DNA from: a virus
Lineage: Duplodnaviria > Caudoviricetes
DNA: 56,764 bases
Direction: 5' to 3' (one strand)
Virus record (IMG/VR): IMGVR_UViG_3300033076_000855
Coordinates: 1 to 56,764 of that record
The translations under genes and the position numbers were made by a program. Positions 37,380 to 46,077 of the stretch are shown piece after piece. Below the pieces are notes generated by a model. That model saw only the letters and a program-made list of their open reading frames with translations, was not told the origin of the DNA and searched no databases. Position 1 is the stretch's first letter, and the number at the start of each line of letters is the position of its first letter.

Positions 37380-38198
37380 TTAAACGGTGACGCGAGCCAC
37401 GGTGCCGGTCTGGTACTTCACGGGCAGCGGCTCGTCGGGCAGCACCTCTCTTGCGACGGTGCTGGGCTGTGGAGTTGTCGGTGCGGGCCGGGTCTGAGCG
37501 ACCGGCGCTGGGGGATTGGGGTTGGGCGCCGTACCGGCTGAGACGGGGCGGAACTGCACGCCGCTCTTGAGGCCGCCGCCGCGCATGACTTCGCCGATCA
37601 GTCCTGCCTCGACCGATGCCAGGCTCGGCATCTGCGCGCGCTGGTACTCGGCCCTGGTGGGCGCTGGCGCCTTCTTCGTGAACTCCTTGGTCCACTCGCC
37701 GGGCTTGGCCAGGTACGTGTTGTTCGCCCGCTCCATGGTGAAGCGGTTGTCGCTGGCCGCCTCGCCGTAGCCGGTCTGAGCGACCATGCGCCAGTCGCCG
37801 CCCAGCCGCGTGCGCGTCTCGCTGCCTTCGGGGTCGTAGCCCCCGACGTTGTAGTAGTAGTAGCCAGGCGATCCACCGCCCTCGTCGGACATGGGCTGCT
37901 GATAGCGCACACCGGTCATGCGCTCGGTGGCTGTGGTCGTCGGGTTCTGGCGCAGCAGGAACATGCCAGGGTGGCCATCCAGCTCGGTGCGCCCGTAGGT
38001 GTTTGGCGTCTGGCCAGGCGGCATCTGCCCCTGCACCACGCCATAGCCGTCGTCGACCACCACCGGCTCGCCGTTCGGGCCTTTGACCAGCGTGTTGTTG
38101 TACGCGTCGACGCCTTTGTTGTAGCTGCGCAGCGACCGGTTGTACTGGTCGAGCGCGCGCTGGTAGGCGTCGATGTCGCGGGAGAGGACGCTGCTCAT
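37380..38198 (-). CDS. Hypothetical protein
   Basis: TGATG coupling; codon bias. Confidence 0.7.
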   Translation of the reverse strand: MSSVLSRDIDAYQRALDQYNRSLRSYNKGVDAYNNTLVKGPNGEPVVVDDGYGVVQGQMPPGQTPNTYGRTELDGHPGMFLLRQNPTTTATERMTGVRYQQPMSDEGGGSPGYYYYNVGGYDPEGSETRTRLGGDWRMVAQTGYGEAASDNRFTMERANNTYLAKPGEWTKEFTKKAPAPTRAEYQRAQMPSLASVEAGLIGEVMRGGGLKSGVQFRPVSAGTAPNPNPPAPVAQTRPAPTTPQPSTVAREVLPDEPLPVKYQTGTVARVTV

Positions 38199-38983
38199 CA
38201 GCCGAACGGATTGGTGACGTTACCGGGCAGCCCCACACGTGCGACTTGCGTGCTGTACGGGCCGTTGGTCGCGAAGGGGTTCTTCGTCGATGCGGACGTA
38301 CCGAGGGCCGAGTCAATCAAGCCACCGCCCGCGGTGTTGGGGTTGGCCGCGCTGCTGGTGAGCGCCGGGCGGGTGGTGCTGTAGTTGCTCACGCCAGCGG
38401 CCACGGCTGCAGCCGCCGAGCTGTACATGCGCCCGTCCGGTCCCCACACCGCGCCGCTGTTGGCGTAGTTCTGGTTGGCGTTCTGCATGAAGTTGGAGCT
38501 GTCGGTGCTGACAGTCGTGCCGCCTGCGACAGCCGCGCCGCCGTTGTTCGTGTTGCTTGTGGAGTTGCGCTGGCCCTTCAGCGTGTTGAACTCCTTGGTC
38601 AGGTCGGTCAGCTGTTTGTTGAGGTTGTCGTACTGCGACTGGCTGACCAGGCCGTAGACGCCGTAGTCGTTCACCGCCTTGTTGATGAAGCTGGAGTCGA
38701 CGCCGTTCTTCGACATCGCGTTCAGCCCGGTCAGACTCATCGGCGTTTTGGTGTCGGCGAGGACGCCCAGGTTGCCCACGCCCGTGTCGGCCACAGTCTT
38801 GGCGGCGCGGTTCAGGAAGTCCGAAGAGATGGTGCTGCGGTCATACGTGCCGCCGTTGCGGCTGTACAGGTCGGCCACTGCGCTGTAGCCGCCGTACTTG
38901 TCGAACTCGGAGGTCGGTGCGCCGGTCGTCATCGACCGCCACATGAGGTCTTTCGCGATGTCTGCGGTAAGTGTGTCTGCCAT
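38198..38983 (-). CDS. Hypothetical N/S/T-rich protein
   Basis: AGGAG RBS; codon bias. Confidence 0.7.
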   Translation of the reverse strand: MADTLTADIAKDLMWRSMTTGAPTSEFDKYGGYSAVADLYSRNGGTYDRSTISSDFLNRAAKTVADTGVGNLGVLADTKTPMSLTGLNAMSKNGVDSSFINKAVNDYGVYGLVSQSQYDNLNKQLTDLTKEFNTLKGQRNSTSNTNNGGAAVAGGTTVSTDSSNFMQNANQNYANSGAVWGPDGRMYSSAAAAVAAGVSNYSTTRPALTSSAANPNTAGGGLIDSALGTSASTKNPFATNGPYSTQVARVGLPGNVTNPFG

Positions 38984-38995
38984 GGTGTGTGCTCC

Positions 38996-41260
38996 TTAGA
39001 TTCCTGATCCGGCGACGAGCTTGAGCCGCTGCTCGGCAGCGAACAGCTCCTTCTTGCCGCGCTCGCGGATAGCCGTGTCGGCCAGCTTGGCCTTGATCTG
39101 CTCCAGGCTGAGGTTCTGGGTGTTGGCCATGCGCAGCATCTCCAGCTCGCGCTGCATCGCCAGCTCGGCCATGCGGTCCTGCGACTGCTGGCGTGCGATC
39201 TGCAGGCGCGTATTCAGCTCCAGCATGTCGCCCTGGTTCTGGGCCTGGACCTTCTGCATGTCGGCCTGGGCGCGGATCTGTGCGGCCTGGATGCGCGGGT
39301 CGGGCTGTTGCTGCTGCGGGTTCTGCTGCTGCTCCTTGATGCGCTCGATCTCTTCCTCCGACTTGAACACCTCCTCGGGGTCCACGTGCTGCGCCTGCAG
39401 CGCTTTGCGGAAGAGCTTCTCGGCGTCGATGTAGATGCCGAAGACCGGGTTGGCCGCAGCGGCCAAGAGGTTCATGAACGCCTGGTTCTGGATGTCGCGG
39501 ATCATCAAGGCGCTGGAGCCGCGGGCGTCGATCTGGAAGTCGCCTTTGATCTCCTCGTCCTCGCCGTACATCATGTTGTAGTCGTAGTACCGGCGGATGT
39601 GCGGGCGGGTGACCATGTCGTCGAACTGCTTGACCAGGCGGCGCAGCACGACGTTGGCCGAGTTCATCAGCATCTGCATGCCGCCGACGGTGTCAGGCGC
39701 TGCGCCCTTCTCGCCTTGCATGATGGTCGGCACGCCGGTCTCTTGATCGCCCAGCTCGGTGGCCATCTTGATGATCGCGGCAAGCTCGGACTGGTGGCTG
39801 TTGAACTCGAACGTGGTGAACGCCTTGCGCACGTCGTCCACGTCGTCCTGGGCGTACCAAATTTTGCGAGCCGACAGCTGCCACTGCTTGTCGGCGGGCG
39901 TGATGGTCCCAGGCTTGACCACGATCTGCGGACCGCTGGACACGCCAGCGTTGTCCATCATCTGGCGCCACGCGGCGTTCAGCACCTTCTGCTGTGCGCG
40001 CATGAGGTACGGGATGCCGTAGCCCCACACGCTGTTGGCCACCTTTTCCCAGACGTAGAAGTCATACGGCAGCTGGCCGTCTTCCAGCGGGTTCAGGTAG
40101 GCCTTGACCACGGTGCTGTTGATCATCACCACGCAGGCGCTGATCGTCTCCAGCGGGTCGGTGTCCTCGGGCACCTTCACGCCAGCTGCGCGCAGGTCTT
40201 CCTGGTCGATCTCGCCCCAGTACTCCCACTTCTCGTAGACGTCGGTGGCGACGCTGCGCTGGTCCTCGTCCTTCATCTCCTGGAAGGTGGCCGACTTCTT
40301 CGGGCCTTCCTCCAGCACCTTGCGCAGCTGGCCCTTCAGGAACCCAGGCTGCTTGGCCAGGCTGCGCACCTGCTTGGTGGTGATCTGCTCGCGCTCGTAG
40401 ATGCCTTTGCCGTTGTGCACCGACTCGCCGCAGCCGGGGTCCGGCCACACGTTGCGCGGGTCGACGCTGAAGCTGGCAGGCTTCAACTCCTTGACGAACT
40501 CGATCATGTGCACCGTGGCGCCGGTGCCGTCGACCTTGGGCACCCAGGCCTTGCGCGTGCGGCTCTCGACCACTGGCCCCTTGATCACGCCCGTGCCCAG
40601 CACGGCGGCGTGGTGGATCACCTTGCGCAGCTCGCCGTTGTAGTCGCACTCGACCAGCTGGTCGTCGATCTCGCGCTGCATCGCCTCGGCTTTGCGGCGG
40701 GCCATCTCCATCACGGCGCGGGCCACGTCCTTGACGCGCATCTGCTTCGGGGGCATCGGCTCGCCGTTCGGCCCCATCATCGGCTTGCCCATCACAGGCT
40801 GGCCGGTGCGCGGGTCAAAGGCGGGGTCGTCCTTCTTGGTCATGCCCATCAGCTCGGGCGACGGCGTGGGTTGGATGCCCCAGTTGCGGTCGTCGGTGGG
40901 CAGCAGGATGTCGGCGACGCGGGCCTCGGCCGCATTGGTCTTCTGGCGCGTCATGCCGATGAACACGGTCGAGCGGTGAGCCTTCGCGTGCTGCGTGGTC
41001 ACCGGGTAGCCCTGCTCGACGGACGTCATCATCTGGCTCGCGGCCTTGTTGACGTTGTCCTTGTTGTCGTACTGGTCCTGGTCCTCGATCCACCGCTTGT
41101 CCACGCCATAGCTGTAGCGGTCGCGCACCCACTCGTCGCGCTGCTTGGCCAGGCTCATGCCGAACGCCTGCAGCCGCTCCTCTTGGCGTTGCTGCAGCGT
41201 CTGCTCGTCTTCAACTTCGACATCGAAGTCGGCGACAGGGTTTGCGGTTGGAAAGTCCAT
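38996..41260 (-). CDS. Portal protein
   Basis: Follows TerL; GTGVIKGP, WGYGIP, Q-rich barrel-like C-terminus; start MDFP at 41260. Confidence 0.88.
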   Translation of the reverse strand: MDFPTANPVADFDVEVEDEQTLQQRQEERLQAFGMSLAKQRDEWVRDRYSYGVDKRWIEDQDQYDNKDNVNKAASQMMTSVEQGYPVTTQHAKAHRSTVFIGMTRQKTNAAEARVADILLPTDDRNWGIQPTPSPELMGMTKKDDPAFDPRTGQPVMGKPMMGPNGEPMPPKQMRVKDVARAVMEMARRKAEAMQREIDDQLVECDYNGELRKVIHHAAVLGTGVIKGPVVESRTRKAWVPKVDGTGATVHMIEFVKELKPASFSVDPRNVWPDPGCGESVHNGKGIYEREQITTKQVRSLAKQPGFLKGQLRKVLEEGPKKSATFQEMKDEDQRSVATDVYEKWEYWGEIDQEDLRAAGVKVPEDTDPLETISACVVMINSTVVKAYLNPLEDGQLPYDFYVWEKVANSVWGYGIPYLMRAQQKVLNAAWRQMMDNAGVSSGPQIVVKPGTITPADKQWQLSARKIWYAQDDVDDVRKAFTTFEFNSHQSELAAIIKMATELGDQETGVPTIMQGEKGAAPDTVGGMQMLMNSANVVLRRLVKQFDDMVTRPHIRRYYDYNMMYGEDEEIKGDFQIDARGSSALMIRDIQNQAFMNLLAAAANPVFGIYIDAEKLFRKALQAQHVDPEEVFKSEEEIERIKEQQQNPQQQQPDPRIQAAQIRAQADMQKVQAQNQGDMLELNTRLQIARQQSQDRMAELAMQRELEMLRMANTQNLSLEQIKAKLADTAIRERGKKELFAAEQRLKLVAGSGI

Positions 41261-41270
41261 CTTGTTGTCC

Positions 41271-42737
41271 TCAATAGCCCGTGGTCGGGTCCAGTACGCC
41301 AAAGCCGACCACCGGCATGGCAAAGCCGCGGCTCATGCGAGCGCTGGCCTCTTCCTGCGTCTTGGCGAAGCGCCGCATCATGATTGCGTAGCGTGTCGCC
41401 GACATCAGGTCGTCGTTGATCTTCACCACCATCCCATCCTTGCGGTGGTACAGGCGGAACTCCTCGAACCAATCTTCGAGATGGCTGAACACGCGCAGGC
41501 GCATCGTCTGCATGCGGTTGAGCATGTCCGACAGCCCGGCCTCCACGCCGTTGGTGCCGTCCTCGAAGGTGGCGCGATCCTTCAGCATGTTCAGCCCCTG
41601 CTGCTTGTACTGAACGGCGAGCTGCTCACCCGAGCCGCCCTTGTCGCGCTGCAGGCCGTCATGCGGCCAGGCCATCGGCACCCAGTCACCACGCGCACGC
41701 ACCGCCATCGCGTGCCCGGCGATGCCTGGCTCGCTGCGGCGGTAGCAGTCGGTGATGTAGATGGTGTCGGTGTCGCGATCCCAGGCGAGCCACACGACAG
41801 CTGTCGGGTGGTCCACGCCGAAGTCGATGGCGGCGATGCGCGGCCAGTGGCCGGGGATCGGAAACGCCTTGACCTTGATCGCCTCCTCGGCAACGGGGAA
41901 CACGCGCCCGCTGCCCAGAATCGGGATGCCCTTGGCCCGCGCATCGCGTTCGTGCTCGGGGTAGCTCGCGATGATCGCGGCCACCTGCTCGGGCGTGTAG
42001 TGCTCCGCGTCGCTGATCGTCATGTTGGTGACGTGCGTGCCTTCGGGCTTCTCCAGCAGGAAGCGCTTCACCACCTGGGACATGCCCAGCAGCGGCGTGA
42101 ACGTCACGAACACCAAGCCGCCTGTCGCGTTGGTACGCGTCAGGCCTTCGGAGTAGATGGGCAGCGGCGGCTCTTCGTCGAACCACACGCCGTCGACCGT
42201 GTCGGCCTGCCACTTCGTGCGGCCCTGGTCGTAGCTGTTGAACTGGATCACGCTGTCCTCGCCGGACACGTGCCGCACGACCGCCGAGCTGATCGCATCG
42301 GCGACGCCCTGCTTCATGCTGGTGTCCTTGAGGCAGTCGAACGGGATCGCGCCCGTGCCCCACTCCTCGCGCAGCTCGGGCGGGCCGATCAGAATCCGCT
42401 GCACGCCTTTGCGCGTCAGCTCGGCAGACTCAGAGCCGCACATCCAGCGCGTGGCGTAGGGAAAGCGCCGACCCGTCCACCAGTCGGGGTATCGCCCCGT
42501 GAGGTGCATGGCCAGCTCGTAGGCGCCCGAGTAGGTCTTGCCCAGCTGGTTACCGGCCATGAACAGGCGCTCGCGCCAGCTCGCGCCAGCTTCGTGGAAC
42601 TCACGCTGCTTGGCGTACGGCCGATAAGTTTCAAGTCGGTTGCGCTTAGCTTTCAGGTCGCGCAAGCGCAGCAGCTCGTACAGCTCGCGCTTCTCGTCGT
42701 CGCTCAGCGCTGCCAGGTTGATGTCGCTGAGGTTCAT
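41271..42737 (-). CDS. terL: Terminase large subunit (P22-like)
   Basis: Walker A AGNQLGKT, Walker B VWFDEE, TFTP, nuclease IDFGVDHP, DDLMSATRY. Confidence 0.95.
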   Translation of the reverse strand: MNLSDINLAALSDDEKRELYELLRLRDLKAKRNRLETYRPYAKQREFHEAGASWRERLFMAGNQLGKTYSGAYELAMHLTGRYPDWWTGRRFPYATRWMCGSESAELTRKGVQRILIGPPELREEWGTGAIPFDCLKDTSMKQGVADAISSAVVRHVSGEDSVIQFNSYDQGRTKWQADTVDGVWFDEEPPLPIYSEGLTRTNATGGLVFVTFTPLLGMSQVVKRFLLEKPEGTHVTNMTISDAEHYTPEQVAAIIASYPEHERDARAKGIPILGSGRVFPVAEEAIKVKAFPIPGHWPRIAAIDFGVDHPTAVVWLAWDRDTDTIYITDCYRRSEPGIAGHAMAVRARGDWVPMAWPHDGLQRDKGGSGEQLAVQYKQQGLNMLKDRATFEDGTNGVEAGLSDMLNRMQTMRLRVFSHLEDWFEEFRLYHRKDGMVVKINDDLMSATRYAIMMRRFAKTQEEASARMSRGFAMPVVGFGVLDPTTGY

Positions 42738-42817
42738 ACCGGCGCCCCCGCCAGCCAGCCAGCGAAGAACGCGCAGACCACGATCACCAGAGTGCTCACG
42801 GTGTCGTCGGTGCTCAT
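42734..42817 (-). CDS. 27-aa hydrophobic peptide between TerS and TerL
   Basis: MSTDDTVSTLVIVVCAFFAGWLAGAPV; ATGA overlaps at both ends. Confidence 0.5.
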   Translation of the reverse strand: MSTDDTVSTLVIVVCAFFAGWLAGAPV

Positions 42818-43290
42818 CGCTTGGCCCCTGCGGCCTTGCGCAGCAGCAAGCCGATGCGGTTGTCCAGCTGCTCGCCGGTCAGCTCAAGCGCCCCGGAGAC
42901 TTTCATCTCCACGCTCTTGAGCTTGGGCTGCGTGTACTGCAGCAGCTCGTTGAGCATGCGCAGCTTCGTGTCCGGGTCCAAGGCGTCGACCATGATCGGC
43001 TCCTTGGTCTTCGGGTCGATCTTGGGCTTGCCGTTCACGTCGGTGACCGGCACTCGCGCCTTGAGGATGCGGATCATCTCAACGGTCGGATCCATGCCCT
43101 CTTCGACGAGGGCCTCGGCCACGGCCTTGAGGTTGATTCGGTGCGGAGCGCTGCTGGTGATCGCGCTCTTGTTGGTCGGGTGTGACCGACCCGTGCGTGG
43201 GCCTGCTGCCTGCAGGTCTTCTGCCGTCGCCATGCGCGGCGGGGCGCCGTTCAGCTCTGCGAGCCGCGACGCGTTTTTCTTGCTTGCCAT
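42814..43290 (-). CDS. terS: Terminase small subunit (putative)
   Basis: Upstream of TerL; ELLQYTQPKLKSVE motif. Confidence 0.65.
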   Translation of the reverse strand: MASKKNASRLAELNGAPPRMATAEDLQAAGPRTGRSHPTNKSAITSSAPHRINLKAVAEALVEEGMDPTVEMIRILKARVPVTDVNGKPKIDPKTKEPIMVDALDPDTKLRMLNELLQYTQPKLKSVEMKVSGALELTGEQLDNRIGLLLRKAAGAKR

Positions 43291-43329
43291 CTTCGTCTGA
43301 AAACAAAAACGCCCCCGAAGGGGCGTCGT

Positions 43330-43509
43330 TCAGATCTTGCCGTTGATCAGGCCGCTGTTGAAGCCAGCGGGCGTGGACTTCACGCCGCCCTTCTCTGCGG
43401 GCTGGGTCTTGTTCGTGCCTGGCAGCGGAACGCTGACCTTCTCGTTGAGCATGCCGCTCGCCTTCATGGGGTTGCGCGATGCGGGTGCGCTGTAGCTCTG
43501 TTGGGACAT
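43330..43509 (-). CDS. Small hypothetical protein
   Basis: AGGAG RBS; MSQQSYSAP. Confidence 0.6.
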   Translation of the reverse strand: MSQQSYSAPASRNPMKASGMLNEKVSVPLPGTNKTQPAEKGGVKSTPAGFNSGLINGKI

Positions 43510-43526
43510 GGTGGTCTCTCCTGGGG

Positions 43527-43760
43527 TTAGGCCATCAGGCCGGGTTGTGAACGCTTGCCGGCTTCCTGGTCCCACATGGCTTGCATGTCGGGCTCGGCTG
43601 CCTCTTGTGCCTGGCCAGGCTCGTTGCCCTCTTCGCCCTTGAGCATGTCGCTCAGGTACTCCAGGCATTCGTCAGTGCTGCTGCACTGATACGGCTCTTG
43701 GCCTTCGGCCTCGACGGTGATCTGGCCACTGGCCTCGTCGATGTTGATCGTGATCTGCAT
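43527..43760 (-). CDS. Small acidic hypothetical protein, first gene of the late operon
   Basis: AAGGA RBS; MQITINIDE. Confidence 0.65.
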   Translation of the reverse strand: MQITINIDEASGQITVEAEGQEPYQCSSTDECLEYLSDMLKGEEGNEPGQAQEAAEPDMQAMWDQEAGKRSQPGLMA

Positions 43761-43774
43761 TGCGCGGTCCTTGA

Positions 43775-43908
43775 AACGAAAAGACCCGCGCAAGCGGGTC
43801 GGAAATGAAAAAGCCCGCTGGTGAGCGGGCTTCGGTTGTTGGGCGGTGCGGCTTATTGCAGACGCACTGGCCCCCGCAAATTGTATGGGCAAGCCATTTC
43901 CCCGGCAA
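43775..43908 (-). promoter_or_regulatory. Late promoter module A (pR'-like) with two tandem terminators
   Basis: TTGCCG-17-TACAAT-TTGC-GGGGG; hairpins at 43811-43832 and 43783-43800, each with a T-tract. Confidence 0.75.
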
Positions 43909-43975
43909 GCCTGTCAACCCCTCCCCCTGAATGTTGCGCGGATGAGACACATTTCTAGGTGTTTTCCCTAACTAG

Positions 43976-44003
43976 GTGACAGTGCCTGTCACTGTGCTAT
44001 ACT
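43976..44003 (+). promoter_or_regulatory. Promoter of the accessory island with a palindromic operator
   Basis: GTGACA-16-TATACT; GTGACAG-TGC-CTGTCAC overlaps the -35 and spacer. Confidence 0.6.
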
Positions 44004-44039
44004 GGAGGCTCATCAACACCGCAACGCAGGAGAAGCGAC

Positions 44040-44270
44040 ATGCAAACAGCCACCTTCACATTCAAGGGCATCACCGGCTCGGTGACCCGCAGCCTCAAGG
44101 ACACCTTCGTCAGCTGGGGTCCGGCCAACTTCCAGATCGAAGCCGCCAAGCCCGAGCTGCGCGCCTGCATAGAGGCTGCCCTGGCCGACGCTGACCAGGC
44201 AGCACGCCAAGCCAACCGCCGCACCTACATGGGCAGCCTCAGCCGCCAGGCCCGCAAAGACCAGTACTGA
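44040..44270 (+). CDS. Hypothetical protein
   Basis: AGGAG RBS; codon bias. Confidence 0.75.
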   Translation: MQTATFTFKGITGSVTRSLKDTFVSWGPANFQIEAAKPELRACIEAALADADQAARQANRRTYMGSLSRQARKDQY

Positions 44271-44291
44271 TCAACCCGAAGGAGAACCGCC

Positions 44292-44450
44292 ATGTACCTC
44301 AGCCCCACCATCCAAGCCGCTCGCGAGCGCAAGGTCCAACGCGTGATGGAAGCCACCGGCTGCGCCCGTGACGTCGCCATCTCGTACCTCTTCGCCGAAG
44401 AGTGGTTCGTGCCTGACGCGATCACCTCTTACCGCGCCGACCACCAGTAA
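44292..44450 (+). CDS. 52-aa UBA-like three-helix protein (not in the ORF track)
   Basis: AAGGAG RBS; KVQRVMEATGCARDVAISYLFAEEWFVPDAITSY. Confidence 0.65.
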   Translation: MYLSPTIQAARERKVQRVMEATGCARDVAISYLFAEEWFVPDAITSYRADHQ

Positions 44451-44461
44451 AGGAAAACACC

Positions 44462-44656
44462 ATGTCTTACACCTCCCCCGACCGCCCAGGCGACGCACCC
44501 ATACCCAACTATCGCTGGGTGCCTGGCACGCCGGACAAGCACGGCAGCACAAACGGCTGCAACGGTTGCGCGTTTCGCCGCATGCCCGACATCCGATGCA
44601 GTCGAATCCCCTGCCACCGGTATCCCGGAATGGTGGCGGAGCTGATCAAGTCGTGA
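44462..44656 (+). CDS. Small Cys-rich protein
   Basis: AAAGGA RBS; GCNGCAF...C...PC. Confidence 0.6.
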   Translation: MSYTSPDRPGDAPIPNYRWVPGTPDKHGSTNGCNGCAFRRMPDIRCSRIPCHRYPGMVAELIKS

Positions 44657-44730
44657 TTCCAGCGTCGTGCCCTCTACCCCGAGGGCACCGCGATGCAATC
44701 CCGCATCTCATCCAAGTGAAGGAAACAACC

Positions 44731-45582
44731 ATGTACCGCTACAGCTCTTCGTCCAACCAAGCAGGCTTCCGCTCCAACAGCCCCCTGTCCAACGACCAGA
44801 TCGCCCGCTACGCGCCCAGCGTGCTGGCCACCGAAGCGCATGAGTCGCGCGGCGAGAAGTACCGCTTCATCCCCACGGTTGAGGTGCTCGACGGCCTGCG
44901 CTCCGAAGGCTTCCAGCCCTTCGAGGTTCGCCAGACCCGTGTGCGTGACCTGTCCCGCAAAGAGTTCACCAAGCACATGGTCCGCCTGCGCCACGCCAAC
45001 CACATCGCCAACCAGGGCGAAGTGCCCGAGATCATCCTGGTCAACAGCCACGACGGCACCAGCTCCTACCAGCTGCTGGCCGGGTTCTTCCGCATGGTCT
45101 GCAGCAACGGCCTGATCGCTGGCAACGTGTGCGAGGACGTGCGCATCCGCCACTCTGGCCGCGTGGTGCACGACGTGATCGAAGGCTCGTTCCGCGTGCT
45201 CGACGAAGTCGGCGCTGCAGCCGAACGCATCGACGCCTACAAGGCGATCGAGCTGAAGCCCGAAGAGCAGCTCCTGCTGGCCAACAGCGCCCTGGCCCTG
45301 CGCTGGGACGACAAGGCACCGGTGACCGCCCAGGGCATCCTGCAGGCTCGCCGCTTCGAGGACCGCAAGGGCGACCTGTGGACCACCTTCAACCGCATCC
45401 AGGAAAACCTGGTGCGCGGTGGCGTGTCCGGTCGCGGCGCCACGGGTCGCCGCATGACCACCCGCGAGGTGGCCGGTGTCAACGAGAACGTCAAGCTCAA
45501 CCGCGCCCTGTGGTCCCTGGCTGACGGCATGGCCCAGCTCAAGGCTGGCGTGGTGGACGTGCAAGACCTCGCCCTGGCATGA
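44731..45582 (+). CDS. DUF932/DUF945 family protein
   Basis: EFTKHMVRLR, ILVNSHDGTSSYQLLAGFFRMVCSNGL, DLWTTFNRIQEN, KLNRALW. Confidence 0.9.
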   Translation: MYRYSSSSNQAGFRSNSPLSNDQIARYAPSVLATEAHESRGEKYRFIPTVEVLDGLRSEGFQPFEVRQTRVRDLSRKEFTKHMVRLRHANHIANQGEVPEIILVNSHDGTSSYQLLAGFFRMVCSNGLIAGNVCEDVRIRHSGRVVHDVIEGSFRVLDEVGAAAERIDAYKAIELKPEEQLLLANSALALRWDDKAPVTAQGILQARRFEDRKGDLWTTFNRIQENLVRGGVSGRGATGRRMTTREVAGVNENVKLNRALWSLADGMAQLKAGVVDVQDLALA

Positions 45583-45821
45583 GCCTCTCGCGCCGCCAGG
45601 TGCAGCAGCTGGTCGAGGAAGCGGGCCTTGTGCTCGCAGGCCTCGACCGGCCACGCAGCAGCCACTACCACCTACACGTCACGCGCAGTGACGGCACGAC
45701 AGCGATGTTCGTGCTGCCGGGTTCGCCCGGCGACTGCCGCGGCATCAAGAACGAACTGGCCAGGCTCAAGCGCTTCGCCCGTGGAGACTTCAACCCGATC
45801 ACCCCAAGGAACCCCAAATGA
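45579..45821 (+). CDS. HicA-like small protein
   Basis: 80 aa; RSSHYHL...PGSPGDCRGIKNELARLKR pattern. Confidence 0.5.
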   Translation: MSLSRRQVQQLVEEAGLVLAGLDRPRSSHYHLHVTRSDGTTAMFVLPGSPGDCRGIKNELARLKRFARGDFNPITPRNPK

Positions 45822-45946
45822 AACACGACCTCTTTGACTTCGACCCCGTCACCATGACCTGGCCACAGCGCGCCTGGCGCATCGCCTTCCTGGTGGTTTG
45901 CCTGGCCGTGCTGGCCGCCGACCTCTGGTACTGGAGGCCGCTGTAA
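45818..45946 (+). CDS. Small membrane protein (42 aa)
   Basis: Manual translation; RIAFLVVCLAVLAADLWYWRP. Confidence 0.6.
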   Translation: MKHDLFDFDPVTMTWPQRAWRIAFLVVCLAVLAADLWYWRPL

Positions 45947-46077
45947 TGGGCGCGTTCCGCCGCTGCAACGGCTGCCACAACGATCGCCTGATCGACGGCG
46001 GCTGCGAACTCTCCCCCGGTCGCTGGCTGTGCGCCAGCTGCTGGGTCAAGTACATCAACCGAAAATTCAAAACATGA
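45946..46077 (+). CDS. Small C4 Zn-finger protein (43 aa)
   Basis: CNGC...WLCASC; TAATG and ATGA coupling. Confidence 0.6.
   Translation: MGAFRRCNGCHNDRLIDGGCELSPGRWLCASCWVKYINRKFKT

Noticed and set aside
44368-44730. N-terminal extension of the DUF932 ORF
   Set aside because: It overlaps two better-supported small genes; the RBS and family start fit ATG 44731.
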